Source: a virus. From it: 64,000 nt of DNA. A program made the position numbers and the translations under genes. Below are positions 20,054 to 29,789 of this stretch, piece by piece. Each line of letters begins with the position of its first letter. The stretch's first letter is position 1. The stretch lies in IMG/VR virus record IMGVR_UViG_3300002835_000024. One strand, given 5' to 3'. The notes beneath the pieces were generated by a model that was given only the letters and a program-made list of their open reading frames with translations, made no database searches and was not told where the DNA came from.

Positions 20054-21778
20054 ATGCATATTCATTTCAAAAAAATTCGTTATATGAATTTTCTGTCGAG
20101 CGGCAATCAGTTCACCGAAATTATTCTTGATAAATCAAAATCTACTCTAATTATCGGCGAAAATGGCGCTGGCAAGTCCACGATTCTGGACGCTTTGTCG
20201 TTTGCTCTATATGGAAAAGCCTTTCGAAACATCAACAAACCGCAATTGGTCAATTCAATAACAGGAAAAAATTGTGTTGTTGAATGTGAATTTGATGTTG
20301 CAGGAAAACAATATCTGATCAGAAGAGGTATGAAGCCTTACTTCTTTGAGATCTTTCAAAACAAAAAACTGATCAATCAGGACTCAAAAGTAACAGAATA
20401 TCAGGAAGTGCTCGAGAAGCAGATTCTCAAGCTCACACACAAATCTTTCAGCCAGATTGTTGTTCTTGGCTCGGCAAACTTTGTTCCATTTATGCAGCTT
20501 CCTCCATATATTAGGAGGGAAGTTATTGAAGATTTGCTAGACATTCAAATCTTCTCTATTATGAATTCTCTTCTAAAATCTAAGATAGACGAGAACAAAT
20601 CAGACATATCAGCAGTAGAACAGTCTATTTTTGTTATTGAGAATCAAATTGATTTACAGAAACGGCATGTAAGCAGCATCAAACAAAACAATGATGAGAT
20701 TGTTTCGAAAAAGAGACAATCTATTGAAAAAATCAGTTCTCAAATTCAAGAAGCTAATGAAGAACTCTCAAACTTAAATGAGAGTTTACAGAAGCATATG
20801 GACTCTATTGAAGATAAAACTTCAATACAAAAGAAACTTCAGAAAACTCTAGACTTTGATAAACAAATTGATGATAAGCTTAAAAGTGTAAGAAAAGAAT
20901 TAAAATTCTATCAGGATAATGATAACTGTCCTACATGTCGTCAAACTCTAGAAGAATCTTTTAAATCTAAGAAAGTTGCAAAGAAAACAGAACAAGTTGA
21001 TAAACTTGTAGAAGGCTCTGTAAAACTCGAGCAAGATATAGAAGCTTTCAATAAAAGACTTGAGGAAATAAACAGAACACAAAAACACATTGACAGTATC
21101 AATAAACAGATTCAATTATTAAACAATAGAATATATTCTTGGAATGAGAACATAACTTTATTAAATGATGAGATCGAATCTATTCGAAAGAACACAAAGA
21201 TTATTGATGGAACTAAAGAAGAAATTAAGAAACTAAAGGATAAACTAAAATCAGAGTTACAACTCAAAGAACAATTGTATGAGAAAAGAAATCTCATAAA
21301 TGTATCAAGTTATCTATTGAAAGATAATGGAGTAAAGACTAAGATTATCAAACAGTATGTTCCTATTATGAACAAACTGATCAACAAATATCTTGCTGCA
21401 TTAGATTTCTTTATTCAGTTCGAACTCAATGAGAAATTTGAAGAGACCATTAAGAGTAGATTTAGAGATGAATTCTCTTACAATTCATTCTCTGAGGGCG
21501 AAAAAATGCGAGTAGATTTGGCGCTTCTTTTCACTTGGAGATCTATTGCTAAAATGAGAAATTCTGCTTCTACCAATCTATTGATTATGGACGAAGTATT
21601 TGATAGTTCTCTTGATAATAATGGAACAGAAGAATTTATGAAGATACTCGAGAACCTTACTTCAGATGTAAACGTTTTTGTTATATCACACAAAGCTGAC
21701 GGATTGTATGATAAATTCCACTCAGTAATTAAATTCAAGAAAGAAAAGAATTTTAGTAAAATGGAAGCAAGAGCATAA
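20054..21778 (+). CDS. gp46: Recombination ATPase subunit gp46 (Rad50-like)
   Basis: GENGAGKST, CPTC zinc hook, FSEGEK, DEVFDSSLD. Confidence 0.96.
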   Translation: MHIHFKKIRYMNFLSSGNQFTEIILDKSKSTLIIGENGAGKSTILDALSFALYGKAFRNINKPQLVNSITGKNCVVECEFDVAGKQYLIRRGMKPYFFEIFQNKKLINQDSKVTEYQEVLEKQILKLTHKSFSQIVVLGSANFVPFMQLPPYIRREVIEDLLDIQIFSIMNSLLKSKIDENKSDISAVEQSIFVIENQIDLQKRHVSSIKQNNDEIVSKKRQSIEKISSQIQEANEELSNLNESLQKHMDSIEDKTSIQKKLQKTLDFDKQIDDKLKSVRKELKFYQDNDNCPTCRQTLEESFKSKKVAKKTEQVDKLVEGSVKLEQDIEAFNKRLEEINRTQKHIDSINKQIQLLNNRIYSWNENITLLNDEIESIRKNTKIIDGTKEEIKKLKDKLKSELQLKEQLYEKRNLINVSSYLLKDNGVKTKIIKQYVPIMNKLINKYLAALDFFIQFELNEKFEETIKSRFRDEFSYNSFSEGEKMRVDLALLFTWRSIAKMRNSASTNLLIMDEVFDSSLDNNGTEEFMKILENLTSDVNVFVISHKADGLYDKFHSVIKFKKEKNFSKMEARA

Positions 21779-21800
21779 TTTCTTGTCTAAATATTATTAA

Positions 21801-22334
21801 ATGGAGGGTGTGATGGAAGAAATAGAAACGCTATCTTTGGTATCAGAAACAAATCCAATACTTCGTATGAACACAGAAGTGTTTGATTTTAAGAATCCTC
21901 CAACAAATCCTGTTATTTTGTATAGACAGATGGCAAATACAATGCTAAAGAATAATGGTATTGGATTGGCGGCACCACAAGTAGGTCTTCCATATAGAAT
22001 GTTTGTGATGAGAACTCATCCAGACGTTATTGGAGTATTCAATCCACTTTTGCTTGACACTTCCGAAGAAACCATTATACTAGAAGAAGGTTGTCTGAGT
22101 TTTGATATGCTTTTTATTAAAGTAAAAAGACCGAAACGTATTCGGGTTCGTTTTACAAATCCCGACGGGCAAACTGAAACTAGGGTGTTTGATGGTATGA
22201 CGGCTCGTTGTTTTCTTCACGAGTTGGACCATCTTAATGGAATTACCTATCTGCAAAAAGCAAATAAATTTCATATTGAGACCGCCAAGAAAAGACGCAA
22301 ACAAATTAAAGAAGAGAACCAAAGGATTGCATAA
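21801..22334 (+). CDS. def: Peptide deformylase
   Basis: GIGLAAPQVG, EGCLS, HELDHLNG. Confidence 0.93.
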   Translation: MEGVMEEIETLSLVSETNPILRMNTEVFDFKNPPTNPVILYRQMANTMLKNNGIGLAAPQVGLPYRMFVMRTHPDVIGVFNPLLLDTSEETIILEEGCLSFDMLFIKVKRPKRIRVRFTNPDGQTETRVFDGMTARCFLHELDHLNGITYLQKANKFHIETAKKRRKQIKEENQRIA

Positions 22335-23704
22335 TGGTTAAGGTGATTGTTGCAAAAGAGAAACATGACTGTGAACATTTGCTGGGGCAATATTTAGATG
22401 AGAGCCACTATGATATACTTGTACAAGAAGATACTGATTGCTTCATGCCTCCTGATTGTGACCTTGCTACTCAAATGCAATGTGATAAAAATTGCTCAGA
22501 CTGCCCCACAGGAAAGTCAGAAGCCAGAGTAGCATTTAAATTCCGCAAGAATTATTTCAATAAGAAAATGCAAAGAGACGCATACGAGGGTCTGCGCGAA
22601 GCTGCAACTGAATCACAGAATCGTGGTCTAGCTGCTGGCCCAAGAGGTCCGACTCTCAGTGTCGATGGTCGAGGCGGAAGAGATTGGGTCACTGATTATG
22701 AGCTTGAGATTCTAGACTTCTTTATGAATGAGCGCAGTTCTTTGTTTGACAAAGAAGATATTTCTTCAATCAAACAAAAATATGCAAAAAACAAAAGCAA
22801 ATCTGATGAGACACGCGGAACTGTTTGGCTGAGATCTCAGGTCACAAAACGATATCCTGAGTATCATGGCTGGTTTGATGTTTGGGTTGATGAGGTCCAA
22901 AAACTCCCCAGACAAAAACAAATTGCTGAAGCTACTGAGATTGCTACCAAATGGATATCTTTCACAAATTATGCAAAATCAGTATACTCTGGCGTTGCTG
23001 GCTGGTACGATAGATATCCTAGAATTCCTTTCGGAAGAGCGACATCATACACTCGTGATAATCCGGAAAAATTTGCCAAAGCTTTTCCGTTCCTACAAAA
23101 ACTCAATCAGGGTTATAAAGATTTGATGCCTTGGCGCTGGGGCAATCAAAAGGCTGCCTGTGATAAAATTGATAGCAGGTTTCTTGTACCAGAAACAGTA
23201 TTCACAACAATCACTGTGAACAAAAGCTTTAGGACTGCCGCGCATCGTGACGCTGGAGATTTTCAAGACGGTCTTTCAAATCTTCTTACTCTCGGAGACG
23301 GAGAATACACAGGCGGATATCTGATTTTCCCTGAATATCGAATCGCTGTTGATGTTCGCCCAGGAGATCTTCTTCTGGTAAACAATCATGAAATTATTCA
23401 TGGTAATACTGAGATCAAACTTAATTTCCCAGAAGCAGAAAGAGTTTCTATTGTTTGTTATTTCCGAGAAAAGATGTTGGAGCTTGGATCTTGGGAATAT
23501 GAGAGGACAAGAGAACAATATGTAGAGGATCGAAGAAAAAATAAAGATCATCCTCTGCAAAGACCATTGTGGAATGGAATCTCGCCTTCGATGTGGGATG
23601 AAAAAGAATGGTATGATTATTTGACTGACAAACTGGGCAAAAAAACGTTAGAGAAATATCACCCAGAAGCCTTTGTTTCTTCTCTTGATAGTTTCTTCAA
23701 CTAG
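22334..23704 (+). CDS. TET/JBP-family 2OG-Fe(II) dioxygenase (5-methylpyrimidine oxidase)
   Basis: HRD (HxD), GGYL-FPEY, HGNT, RVSIVCYFR signature; Cys-rich N-terminus. Confidence 0.8.
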   Translation: MVKVIVAKEKHDCEHLLGQYLDESHYDILVQEDTDCFMPPDCDLATQMQCDKNCSDCPTGKSEARVAFKFRKNYFNKKMQRDAYEGLREAATESQNRGLAAGPRGPTLSVDGRGGRDWVTDYELEILDFFMNERSSLFDKEDISSIKQKYAKNKSKSDETRGTVWLRSQVTKRYPEYHGWFDVWVDEVQKLPRQKQIAEATEIATKWISFTNYAKSVYSGVAGWYDRYPRIPFGRATSYTRDNPEKFAKAFPFLQKLNQGYKDLMPWRWGNQKAACDKIDSRFLVPETVFTTITVNKSFRTAAHRDAGDFQDGLSNLLTLGDGEYTGGYLIFPEYRIAVDVRPGDLLLVNNHEIIHGNTEIKLNFPEAERVSIVCYFREKMLELGSWEYERTREQYVEDRRKNKDHPLQRPLWNGISPSMWDEKEWYDYLTDKLGKKTLEKYHPEAFVSSLDSFFN

Positions 23705-23861
23705 GTTTTATAAATATGTCTACGATTAAACGTTGGGTGATTCTTGTTGTGTTTGTTTTACTCATATATCCTTTTTTAATCTTTTTTCATACAGGAATTT
23801 AAAAATAAACTTATAAATATTACTTAGCCGTTTTGTTTTTTATTTTTTCGGAGTATTTTCC

Positions 23862-24098
23862 ATGACAATTCTGAACAGGATTCTGGGCGCGTTTCAAAGA
23901 GCAAAAGATGATATTAAAAATCCATACACTCCGAGAAATGGCAGATTTTCAGCAGCTCAACAGATTGGGATGTTCTTAGATCCAGAAATGTTAAGGGGAA
24001 ACCGCCCAGTTCCAGGAACTTCTGAAGCCGAAAGAGATGCTAGAGAATTTCACAGATTGCAGAGAAATACAAACCGGAGGAGCAGACCACGAGGATAA
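23862..24098 (+). CDS. Small basic hypothetical protein preceded by late promoters (23709-23716, 23812-23819)
   Basis: GGAG RBS; two upstream TATAAATA. Confidence 0.55.
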   Translation: MTILNRILGAFQRAKDDIKNPYTPRNGRFSAAQQIGMFLDPEMLRGNRPVPGTSEAERDAREFHRLQRNTNRRSRPRG

Positions 24099-24117
24099 GA
24101 AATAAGGAATTTATATC

Positions 24118-24825
24118 ATGTGTTCTGTTATTGGGGCGTTTTTTGATCACCCATCAAAAAAACAATTGACTCTTCTGAAAAACGTTTTCATCGAATCTAA
24201 AATAAGAGGAATGCACGCAACAGGCATTTCTTATATTCAAAACAACGAAATTATAACAATAAAAAAACCAATTCCGTCTGACGAGTTCTTCAAAGATGTC
24301 GATTTTGAAGACCATTTTATCAATGAAGACGGCAATCTATACATGATTGGGCATTGTCGATATTCTACCTCAGACCTAGAATATAATCAGCCAATCTATA
24401 ATGATGACATTTCTATTGTTCACAATGGTGTGATCACACAGGAACTTCCAGAAAACTGGAAGTCCATTTACGACATTGTGTGTCAAACTAAAAACGATTC
24501 AGAATTTATTCTAAAGACTCTTGAGCAGAAAAAAGAACCTCTTTCTGCTTGGCCTGATACGTCTATGGCGGTTTGTGAATTATATTCTGACAAAAAGATT
24601 CGTTTTTATAGAAACGCTAAAAGACCGTTAACAATGGCTGTGTTTAATAATGGTGTTATTGTTTCTTCTACAAAAGATATTTTAAAAAGAGCGAATACAG
24701 TTGAAGAAGATTTTATAACGCTTGATTGTGACATGAATGTCATATATACTATAGATAGTCAAAGATTCCAAATTTCTAATGAGTTGATTTCTACGAACAG
24801 GAAAGATTTACAGTATGAATTATGA
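24118..24825 (+). CDS. Class II (Ntn) glutamine amidotransferase
   Basis: N-terminal MC, RG-HATG, GHCRYST, HNGVI, DSE. Confidence 0.85.
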   Translation: MCSVIGAFFDHPSKKQLTLLKNVFIESKIRGMHATGISYIQNNEIITIKKPIPSDEFFKDVDFEDHFINEDGNLYMIGHCRYSTSDLEYNQPIYNDDISIVHNGVITQELPENWKSIYDIVCQTKNDSEFILKTLEQKKEPLSAWPDTSMAVCELYSDKKIRFYRNAKRPLTMAVFNNGVIVSSTKDILKRANTVEEDFITLDCDMNVIYTIDSQRFQISNELISTNRKDLQYEL

Positions 24826-25690
24826 TCCTAAGAGTTTTACTTGGGGGTATGAAATAGAGTGGGGTGATATTGATCGTAGGCTGAATATTCCGGAACATCT
24901 CGGAAAATGGGAATATGCCGAAACAGATATTGTCAATATCAGAGAGCCATACAAATATATTGCTTGTGATCCATTGGGCCTTGATCCTCCTTTTGGTGGA
25001 GAAATCAACACAAAGCCCACTAAAACCTGGCAAGAGCAGGTTGATCGCATTATGGAAATTTATGAGCTCTTTGTTAAAAACGGCAACCAACCATCAGCAT
25101 CATGCGTCAACCACGGTCATCTTCACGTTTTTGTTCCTGGGCTGAAAAATGATATCGAAGGTCTAAAAAATCTAACCAAATATATTCGTCGAAATCAAAA
25201 AGAGACTATAGCTGCTTGTTATAGATTCTATGACGGATATAATATGAAAAAACTCAAAAACGCCACAACATATCTAAAGTTTGACGGTGGCCGAGAAATG
25301 CCAGATTATATGTGTAGCAACATTATAAATTTGGCGAAAGACTTCGACACTTTTATCAAATTGCAATGCGCAGGTAAAGATGGTATATCTATGGGTCGCC
25401 CACTTAGATACGCTATCAATACGTATTGTATGAAACATACAGGTACTATTGAGTTTAGATGTTTTCGTTCTACAACTAATAGATTGGAAATTGAATCTCA
25501 GTTTAAATTTGTAGAAAGATTTATTGACGCTGCTTTGAATAACGGACCAGATGTTTGGGAAATTTTAGCAGATGTTAGTTTAAAGTTCCCAGAATTCAAC
25601 TGGGATGATCTGGAATATGAAGGTTGGATTAAGACAAAATATGACAAATCACGCGGAGAGAAAAAACGCGAATTCCATGAAGTTGCGTAA
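24815..25690 (+). CDS. Amidoligase (COOH-NH2 ligase, Amidoligase_2-like)
   Basis: TWGYEIE, GEINTKP, HGHLHV, GTIEFR. Confidence 0.78.
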   Translation: MNYDPKSFTWGYEIEWGDIDRRLNIPEHLGKWEYAETDIVNIREPYKYIACDPLGLDPPFGGEINTKPTKTWQEQVDRIMEIYELFVKNGNQPSASCVNHGHLHVFVPGLKNDIEGLKNLTKYIRRNQKETIAACYRFYDGYNMKKLKNATTYLKFDGGREMPDYMCSNIINLAKDFDTFIKLQCAGKDGISMGRPLRYAINTYCMKHTGTIEFRCFRSTTNRLEIESQFKFVERFIDAALNNGPDVWEILADVSLKFPEFNWDDLEYEGWIKTKYDKSRGEKKREFHEVA

Positions 25691-26222
25691 GACTTCCAAA
25701 GAAGAATTCGTTCGCCATATTACCGACAAAAAAGAAGATAGATTCGCCAAGACTTTTGTGGCAAAGGCTAATATGCAGGATATCTGGGACAACTGTTATG
25801 GGTTGTGGCTAGAAGAAGATCTTTGTGGTGCTATAATCACAACAGTGTCCAAGAATTACCCCAAGATAATGAATCTTCAATTGCTGCACACATTTCATAA
25901 ACACAGAGGCTCAGGTGTTGGAAAGAAACTCTGTCAGTGGGCTTTGCAAAAAGCTGTTGATGATGGGGTGAATTACTTCAGAGTTTCAGCTGAGCCAGAT
26001 GCTGTTTTGTTTTATGAGAAATGTGGATTTGTATTTCAGGGTAGACAAAAATCAAATAGCCAACTTTCTATTTTTCGCATAATAGATAATAATTTTTCAA
26101 ACGGCGATTATTCTATCTCTGATCCTATCATAAACAAAGCAGTTTACAGAAAAGGCAAAGGTGGATGTGTAGAAGTGTTTGTTAAGTCTGAACAATCTGA
26201 TTTGGAAAAATTCTATGGATAG
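25677..26222 (+). CDS. GNAT acetyltransferase
   Basis: HRGSGVGKKL acetyl-CoA motif, AVLFYEKCGF; probable start ATG 25677. Confidence 0.85.
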   Translation: MKLRKTSKEEFVRHITDKKEDRFAKTFVAKANMQDIWDNCYGLWLEEDLCGAIITTVSKNYPKIMNLQLLHTFHKHRGSGVGKKLCQWALQKAVDDGVNYFRVSAEPDAVLFYEKCGFVFQGRQKSNSQLSIFRIIDNNFSNGDYSISDPIINKAVYRKGKGGCVEVFVKSEQSDLEKFYG

Positions 26223-27219
26223 CAGAGAGCTCTTTATTCGATGGTATGCATGGTCTCTGGAATATAAAGATTGTGATCCTTCTGTTTGGATGACAAATTA
26301 TCTTAATAAAAGATATCAGCATAATGACGAGGAAAGAATATGGCTTTGCTGGCTTTATGGTAACACATATTATCTTCCGACATCATGGGTGTTAAAGAAT
26401 GAGTTTCCCGATTATGAGTTGGCTACTGTAGATAGAATAACAAAATGGAACAACACCAACTATAAAAGACTTAGATATCAAACAGACACAAAATACAATA
26501 AAGGCCATTTGCCTTCTATGTTTGAGTCTTACCAAAAATATTTTGGAAACAAATTGCAAAGAGATGTATTAGAATCATTATACTCTGACAATGAAAAACA
26601 AAATTTCGATAATATATGGAATTCTGTAAATAAAAACTTCTATAAGTTTGGGAGATATACAACATGGTTTTATCTTCAACATCTTAAACATACCGCAGGA
26701 ATAAAAATAGAACCAACATCACTAATGCTGTCAGATTATTCTGGGAGTAAATCACACAGAAATGGTTTGTGTTATGCTCTAAGCAAACAAGATTGGATAA
26801 ATAATAAACTTACTGAGAAAGAATATCAGTGGCTGCAAGCAAAGAGCGACGATATTCTAATTGAAATGAGACAAAGATTTCCTCAGTTGTCCTCACAATT
26901 AGATTATTTTACTATGGAAACATGTCTCTGTAGTTTTAAGAAAATATTCAGAGAGAATTCTTCTAGATATTTGGGATATTATCTCGATAGACAAGCTGAA
27001 GAGATATCTACTGTTTCTTCTGATAGTTGGAACGGGATAGACTGGGACGTTTTGTGGCAAGCTCGAAAAGAAACTATTGATAAAAAGCTTGACAAACGCA
27101 CAGGAATAGACAAGAATAGGTTTGGCGAATACCTGAAGACTGGTTCCATTGATAGAGTAGAGTGGATGTTTAAAGATTCCGTTAAAAAAGATATTGGATT
27201 GGAGATGTTTTTCGCATGA
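26215..27219 (+). CDS. Alpha-glutamyl/putrescinyl-thymine pyrophosphorylase-like (aGPT-Pplase, amino acid:DNA transferase)
   Basis: DCDP, WL-WLYG-TY, FGRYTTWFYLQ (HhH-like), ETCLC-FKK, RYLGYY; adjacent kinase. Confidence 0.72.
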   Translation: MDSRELFIRWYAWSLEYKDCDPSVWMTNYLNKRYQHNDEERIWLCWLYGNTYYLPTSWVLKNEFPDYELATVDRITKWNNTNYKRLRYQTDTKYNKGHLPSMFESYQKYFGNKLQRDVLESLYSDNEKQNFDNIWNSVNKNFYKFGRYTTWFYLQHLKHTAGIKIEPTSLMLSDYSGSKSHRNGLCYALSKQDWINNKLTEKEYQWLQAKSDDILIEMRQRFPQLSSQLDYFTMETCLCSFKKIFRENSSRYLGYYLDRQAEEISTVSSDSWNGIDWDVLWQARKETIDKKLDKRTGIDKNRFGEYLKTGSIDRVEWMFKDSVKKDIGLEMFFA

Positions 27220-27752
27220 AAGTTATTGCTATATTTGGAGAGCCAGGCAGCGGTAAATCCACCCTGATGAATGAATTGATGGCGCGTATTGGGATCTCAA
27301 GAGAAGTCAAAACTGATTTCAAACTTGTGCCATATCATCAAAAAGAAAATATCTATATTCTCGGTAAATATGAAGTCGGAGAAGTTTTTGGTGGGACTGA
27401 TAAAATGTCTATGGCTGTTCAGCCAGAAGCCATAAAATTTCTTGCTAGTTTAGATGATAATTCAGTTGTTCTTTTCGAAGGCGATAGGCTATGCACTTCG
27501 TCTTTTCTTGATCACTGCAACGATAAATATAATCTGACGATGGTATATCTCTCCACGTCAAAATCAATCCGTACAGAAAGATTTAAAGAACGAAACAGCA
27601 ATCAAGATGAAACTTGGTTGAAAGGTCGTGAAAGCAAAATCAATAATATACTTTCTAATCTTAATCTTAAATTCATTACTGAAATCTTTGAGAACAATAA
27701 AAGAGAGGATTCAGAAAAAATTATAAACTTTATCATGGAAAAAATTAAATGA
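27216..27752 (+). CDS. P-loop nucleotide kinase (5-hmU DNA kinase-like)
   Basis: GEPGSGKST, LGKY, GGTD-SM, EGDRL. Confidence 0.75.
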   Translation: MKVIAIFGEPGSGKSTLMNELMARIGISREVKTDFKLVPYHQKENIYILGKYEVGEVFGGTDKMSMAVQPEAIKFLASLDDNSVVLFEGDRLCTSSFLDHCNDKYNLTMVYLSTSKSIRTERFKERNSNQDETWLKGRESKINNILSNLNLKFITEIFENNKREDSEKIINFIMEKIK

Positions 27753-28135
27753 CACCAGTTGAGAAATGGTACTTGAGAAAAAATTCTGACATAGAGAATG
27801 GCGGCGTCAAATACGATAAAGATAAGCCGCCGATGGATCTTATACCCACAGAAGCTTTGTTTGAAGTCGCTGAAATATTAAAATTCGGGGCTGAAAAATA
27901 TGAGCCATACAATTGGGCCAAAGGTATGGCGTATTCGAGACTCACTGCGGCGGCACTGAGACATATCTTCAAATTCAATTCTGGAGAGGATAATGATCCT
28001 GAAACTGGGAAATCTCACATTTCCCATGCCATTTGTTGTCTTCTCTTCTTAGCAGAATACGAAAAACGGAAAGAACATTATGAGTCTTTTGACGATAGAT
28101 TTGATTGGAATACAAAAAAGACTAAAAACGCTTGA
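27749..28135 (+). CDS. DUF5664 dATP/dGTP diphosphohydrolase-like protein
   Basis: GVKYD-DKP-DLIP, GAEKY-NW-KG, D-DPETG-SH-HA. Confidence 0.82.
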   Translation: MTPVEKWYLRKNSDIENGGVKYDKDKPPMDLIPTEALFEVAEILKFGAEKYEPYNWAKGMAYSRLTAAALRHIFKFNSGEDNDPETGKSHISHAICCLLFLAEYEKRKEHYESFDDRFDWNTKKTKNA

Positions 28136-28159
28136 CTTTATGACCAGTTGCAGTATAAT
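28132..28159 (+). promoter_or_regulatory. Sigma70-like promoter TTGACT-N16-TATAAT
   Basis: Shares AAAAACGCTTGACT...GCAGTATA with the promoter at 33772. Confidence 0.65.
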
Positions 28160-28182
28160 AAACAAATAATGAAGGAATCACC

Positions 28183-29073
28183 ATGGAATCCCAAACAAAA
28201 ATGAACCTAGAGGACGGATCTCTCAAGATCGAAGTCCCAACAGAAGTATTGAAAAATAGAAAACTATTTGTTGCCACTCCAATGTATGGCGGACAATGCG
28301 CGGGAATGTTTGCTCGATCGATCGCAGACCTTTCCGCTCTTTGTCAGAAATACGGAATTCAGCTGAGACTTTATTTCCTATTCAACGAGTCTCTGATTAC
28401 TCGAGGTAGGAACTACTGTGCTGACGAATTCATGAGGTCTGGTGACACCCACCTAATGTTCATCGACTCGGATATCGGCTTCAATGCCAACGATGTTATC
28501 GCTCTTCTTGCTCTGCAATCAGAGAATCCAGAGGAAGATGAATATGATATTCTCTGCGGCCCATATCCTAAGAAGTGTATCTCTTGGGAGAAAATTAAAC
28601 AAGCTGTTGATAAAGGATTCGCGGATCAAGATCCTAGCGTCCTAGATCGATTTGTTGGCGATTATGTCTTCAATCCTGCTAACGGTAAGACTGAAATTTC
28701 TCTTACCAAACCAGCGGAAATTCTTGAGGCTGGTACAGGCTTCATGATGATTCGACGCAATACTTTTGAGAAGTTTGCTGAGGCTTACCCACAGCAATCT
28801 TATAAACCAGATCACGTAAGAACTGAACACTTTGACGGTTCTCGTGAGATCATGGCGTTCTTCGACACGCCAATTGATCCTGAATCCAAACGCTATCTGT
28901 CAGAAGATTATATGTTCTGTCAGTGGTCTAGGAAAATTGGACTGAAGGTTTGGCTGTGCCCATGGATGCAGCTGAAGCATGTTGGTTCATATATATTTGG
29001 CGGTTCTCTTGTTGATCTTGCCCAAATCGGTGCTGCCGCAACGGCAGACGTAAGCAAACTAAAGAAAAAATAG
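28183..29073 (+). CDS. GT-A-fold glycosyltransferase-like protein
   Basis: VATPMYGG, SLITRGRN, FIDSDI (DxD), GTGFMMI, LSEDY. Confidence 0.6.
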   Translation: MESQTKMNLEDGSLKIEVPTEVLKNRKLFVATPMYGGQCAGMFARSIADLSALCQKYGIQLRLYFLFNESLITRGRNYCADEFMRSGDTHLMFIDSDIGFNANDVIALLALQSENPEEDEYDILCGPYPKKCISWEKIKQAVDKGFADQDPSVLDRFVGDYVFNPANGKTEISLTKPAEILEAGTGFMMIRRNTFEKFAEAYPQQSYKPDHVRTEHFDGSREIMAFFDTPIDPESKRYLSEDYMFCQWSRKIGLKVWLCPWMQLKHVGSYIFGGSLVDLAQIGAAATADVSKLKKK

Positions 29074-29086
29074 GAGTATTTTTATT

Positions 29087-29749
29087 ATGAAACTTTCCAA
29101 AGAAACCCTTGGAGTTCTTGAGAACTTCTCTTCTATCAACCCAGTTATCCTTGTTCGAAAGGGTAAACAACTCAGGACTATTTCTCCTTCAAAGGCTGTT
29201 TTTGCAGTTGCTAATGTTGAAGAAGAGTTCGATCGTCAGTTCGCGATCTTTGATCTTAAGAAGTTTATTGGTTGTCTTTCTCTGTTTGATTCTCCAGATC
29301 TAGAATTCAATGACAAGTTCGTGAATATTTCAGAGGATGATCAACAACTGTCTTATTATTTTGCTGATCCAGAACAAATCTCGTCAGCAGCACCAGAAAA
29401 AACAATCAATCTTCCTTCTGAAGATGTTGAATTCAAACTGCTGGCCAAAGATTTCCAGAAGATCGTGAAGGCTATGTCTGTTGCTGGTCTGTCCAACATC
29501 TCTGTTGTTGGTGATGGATCTAACCTTATGCTTAAAGCTCTCGATCCAGAAGGAAAAACTAATGATGCCTTCACGATCAATATCGGCAAAACTGATATGA
29601 AATTCAAGGCAGTTTTCCGAGCAGAGAATCTTAAGATGCTTTCTGATGACTACGATGTTGTTATCTGCTCTAGGGGTATCGCAAGTTTCACAGGGAGCAA
29701 AGTGAAATACTTCATTGCTACTGAGGAAAAGTACAGCAAGTTTCAATAA
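29087..29749 (+). CDS. gp45: Sliding clamp gp45
   Basis: MKLSKETL-NFSSIN, FAIFDL-F, YFIA-E. Confidence 0.92.
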   Translation: MKLSKETLGVLENFSSINPVILVRKGKQLRTISPSKAVFAVANVEEEFDRQFAIFDLKKFIGCLSLFDSPDLEFNDKFVNISEDDQQLSYYFADPEQISSAAPEKTINLPSEDVEFKLLAKDFQKIVKAMSVAGLSNISVVGDGSNLMLKALDPEGKTNDAFTINIGKTDMKFKAVFRAENLKMLSDDYDVVICSRGIASFTGSKVKYFIATEEKYSKFQ

Positions 29750-29789
29750 ATAATTTGTTGTGCTTTTGATTATTATATTATGAGGAGTT

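Noticed and set aside
27749-28135. Z-genome (2-aminoadenine) system suggested by DUF5664
   Set aside because: No PurZ or DatZ in the window; DUF5664 is widespread on its own
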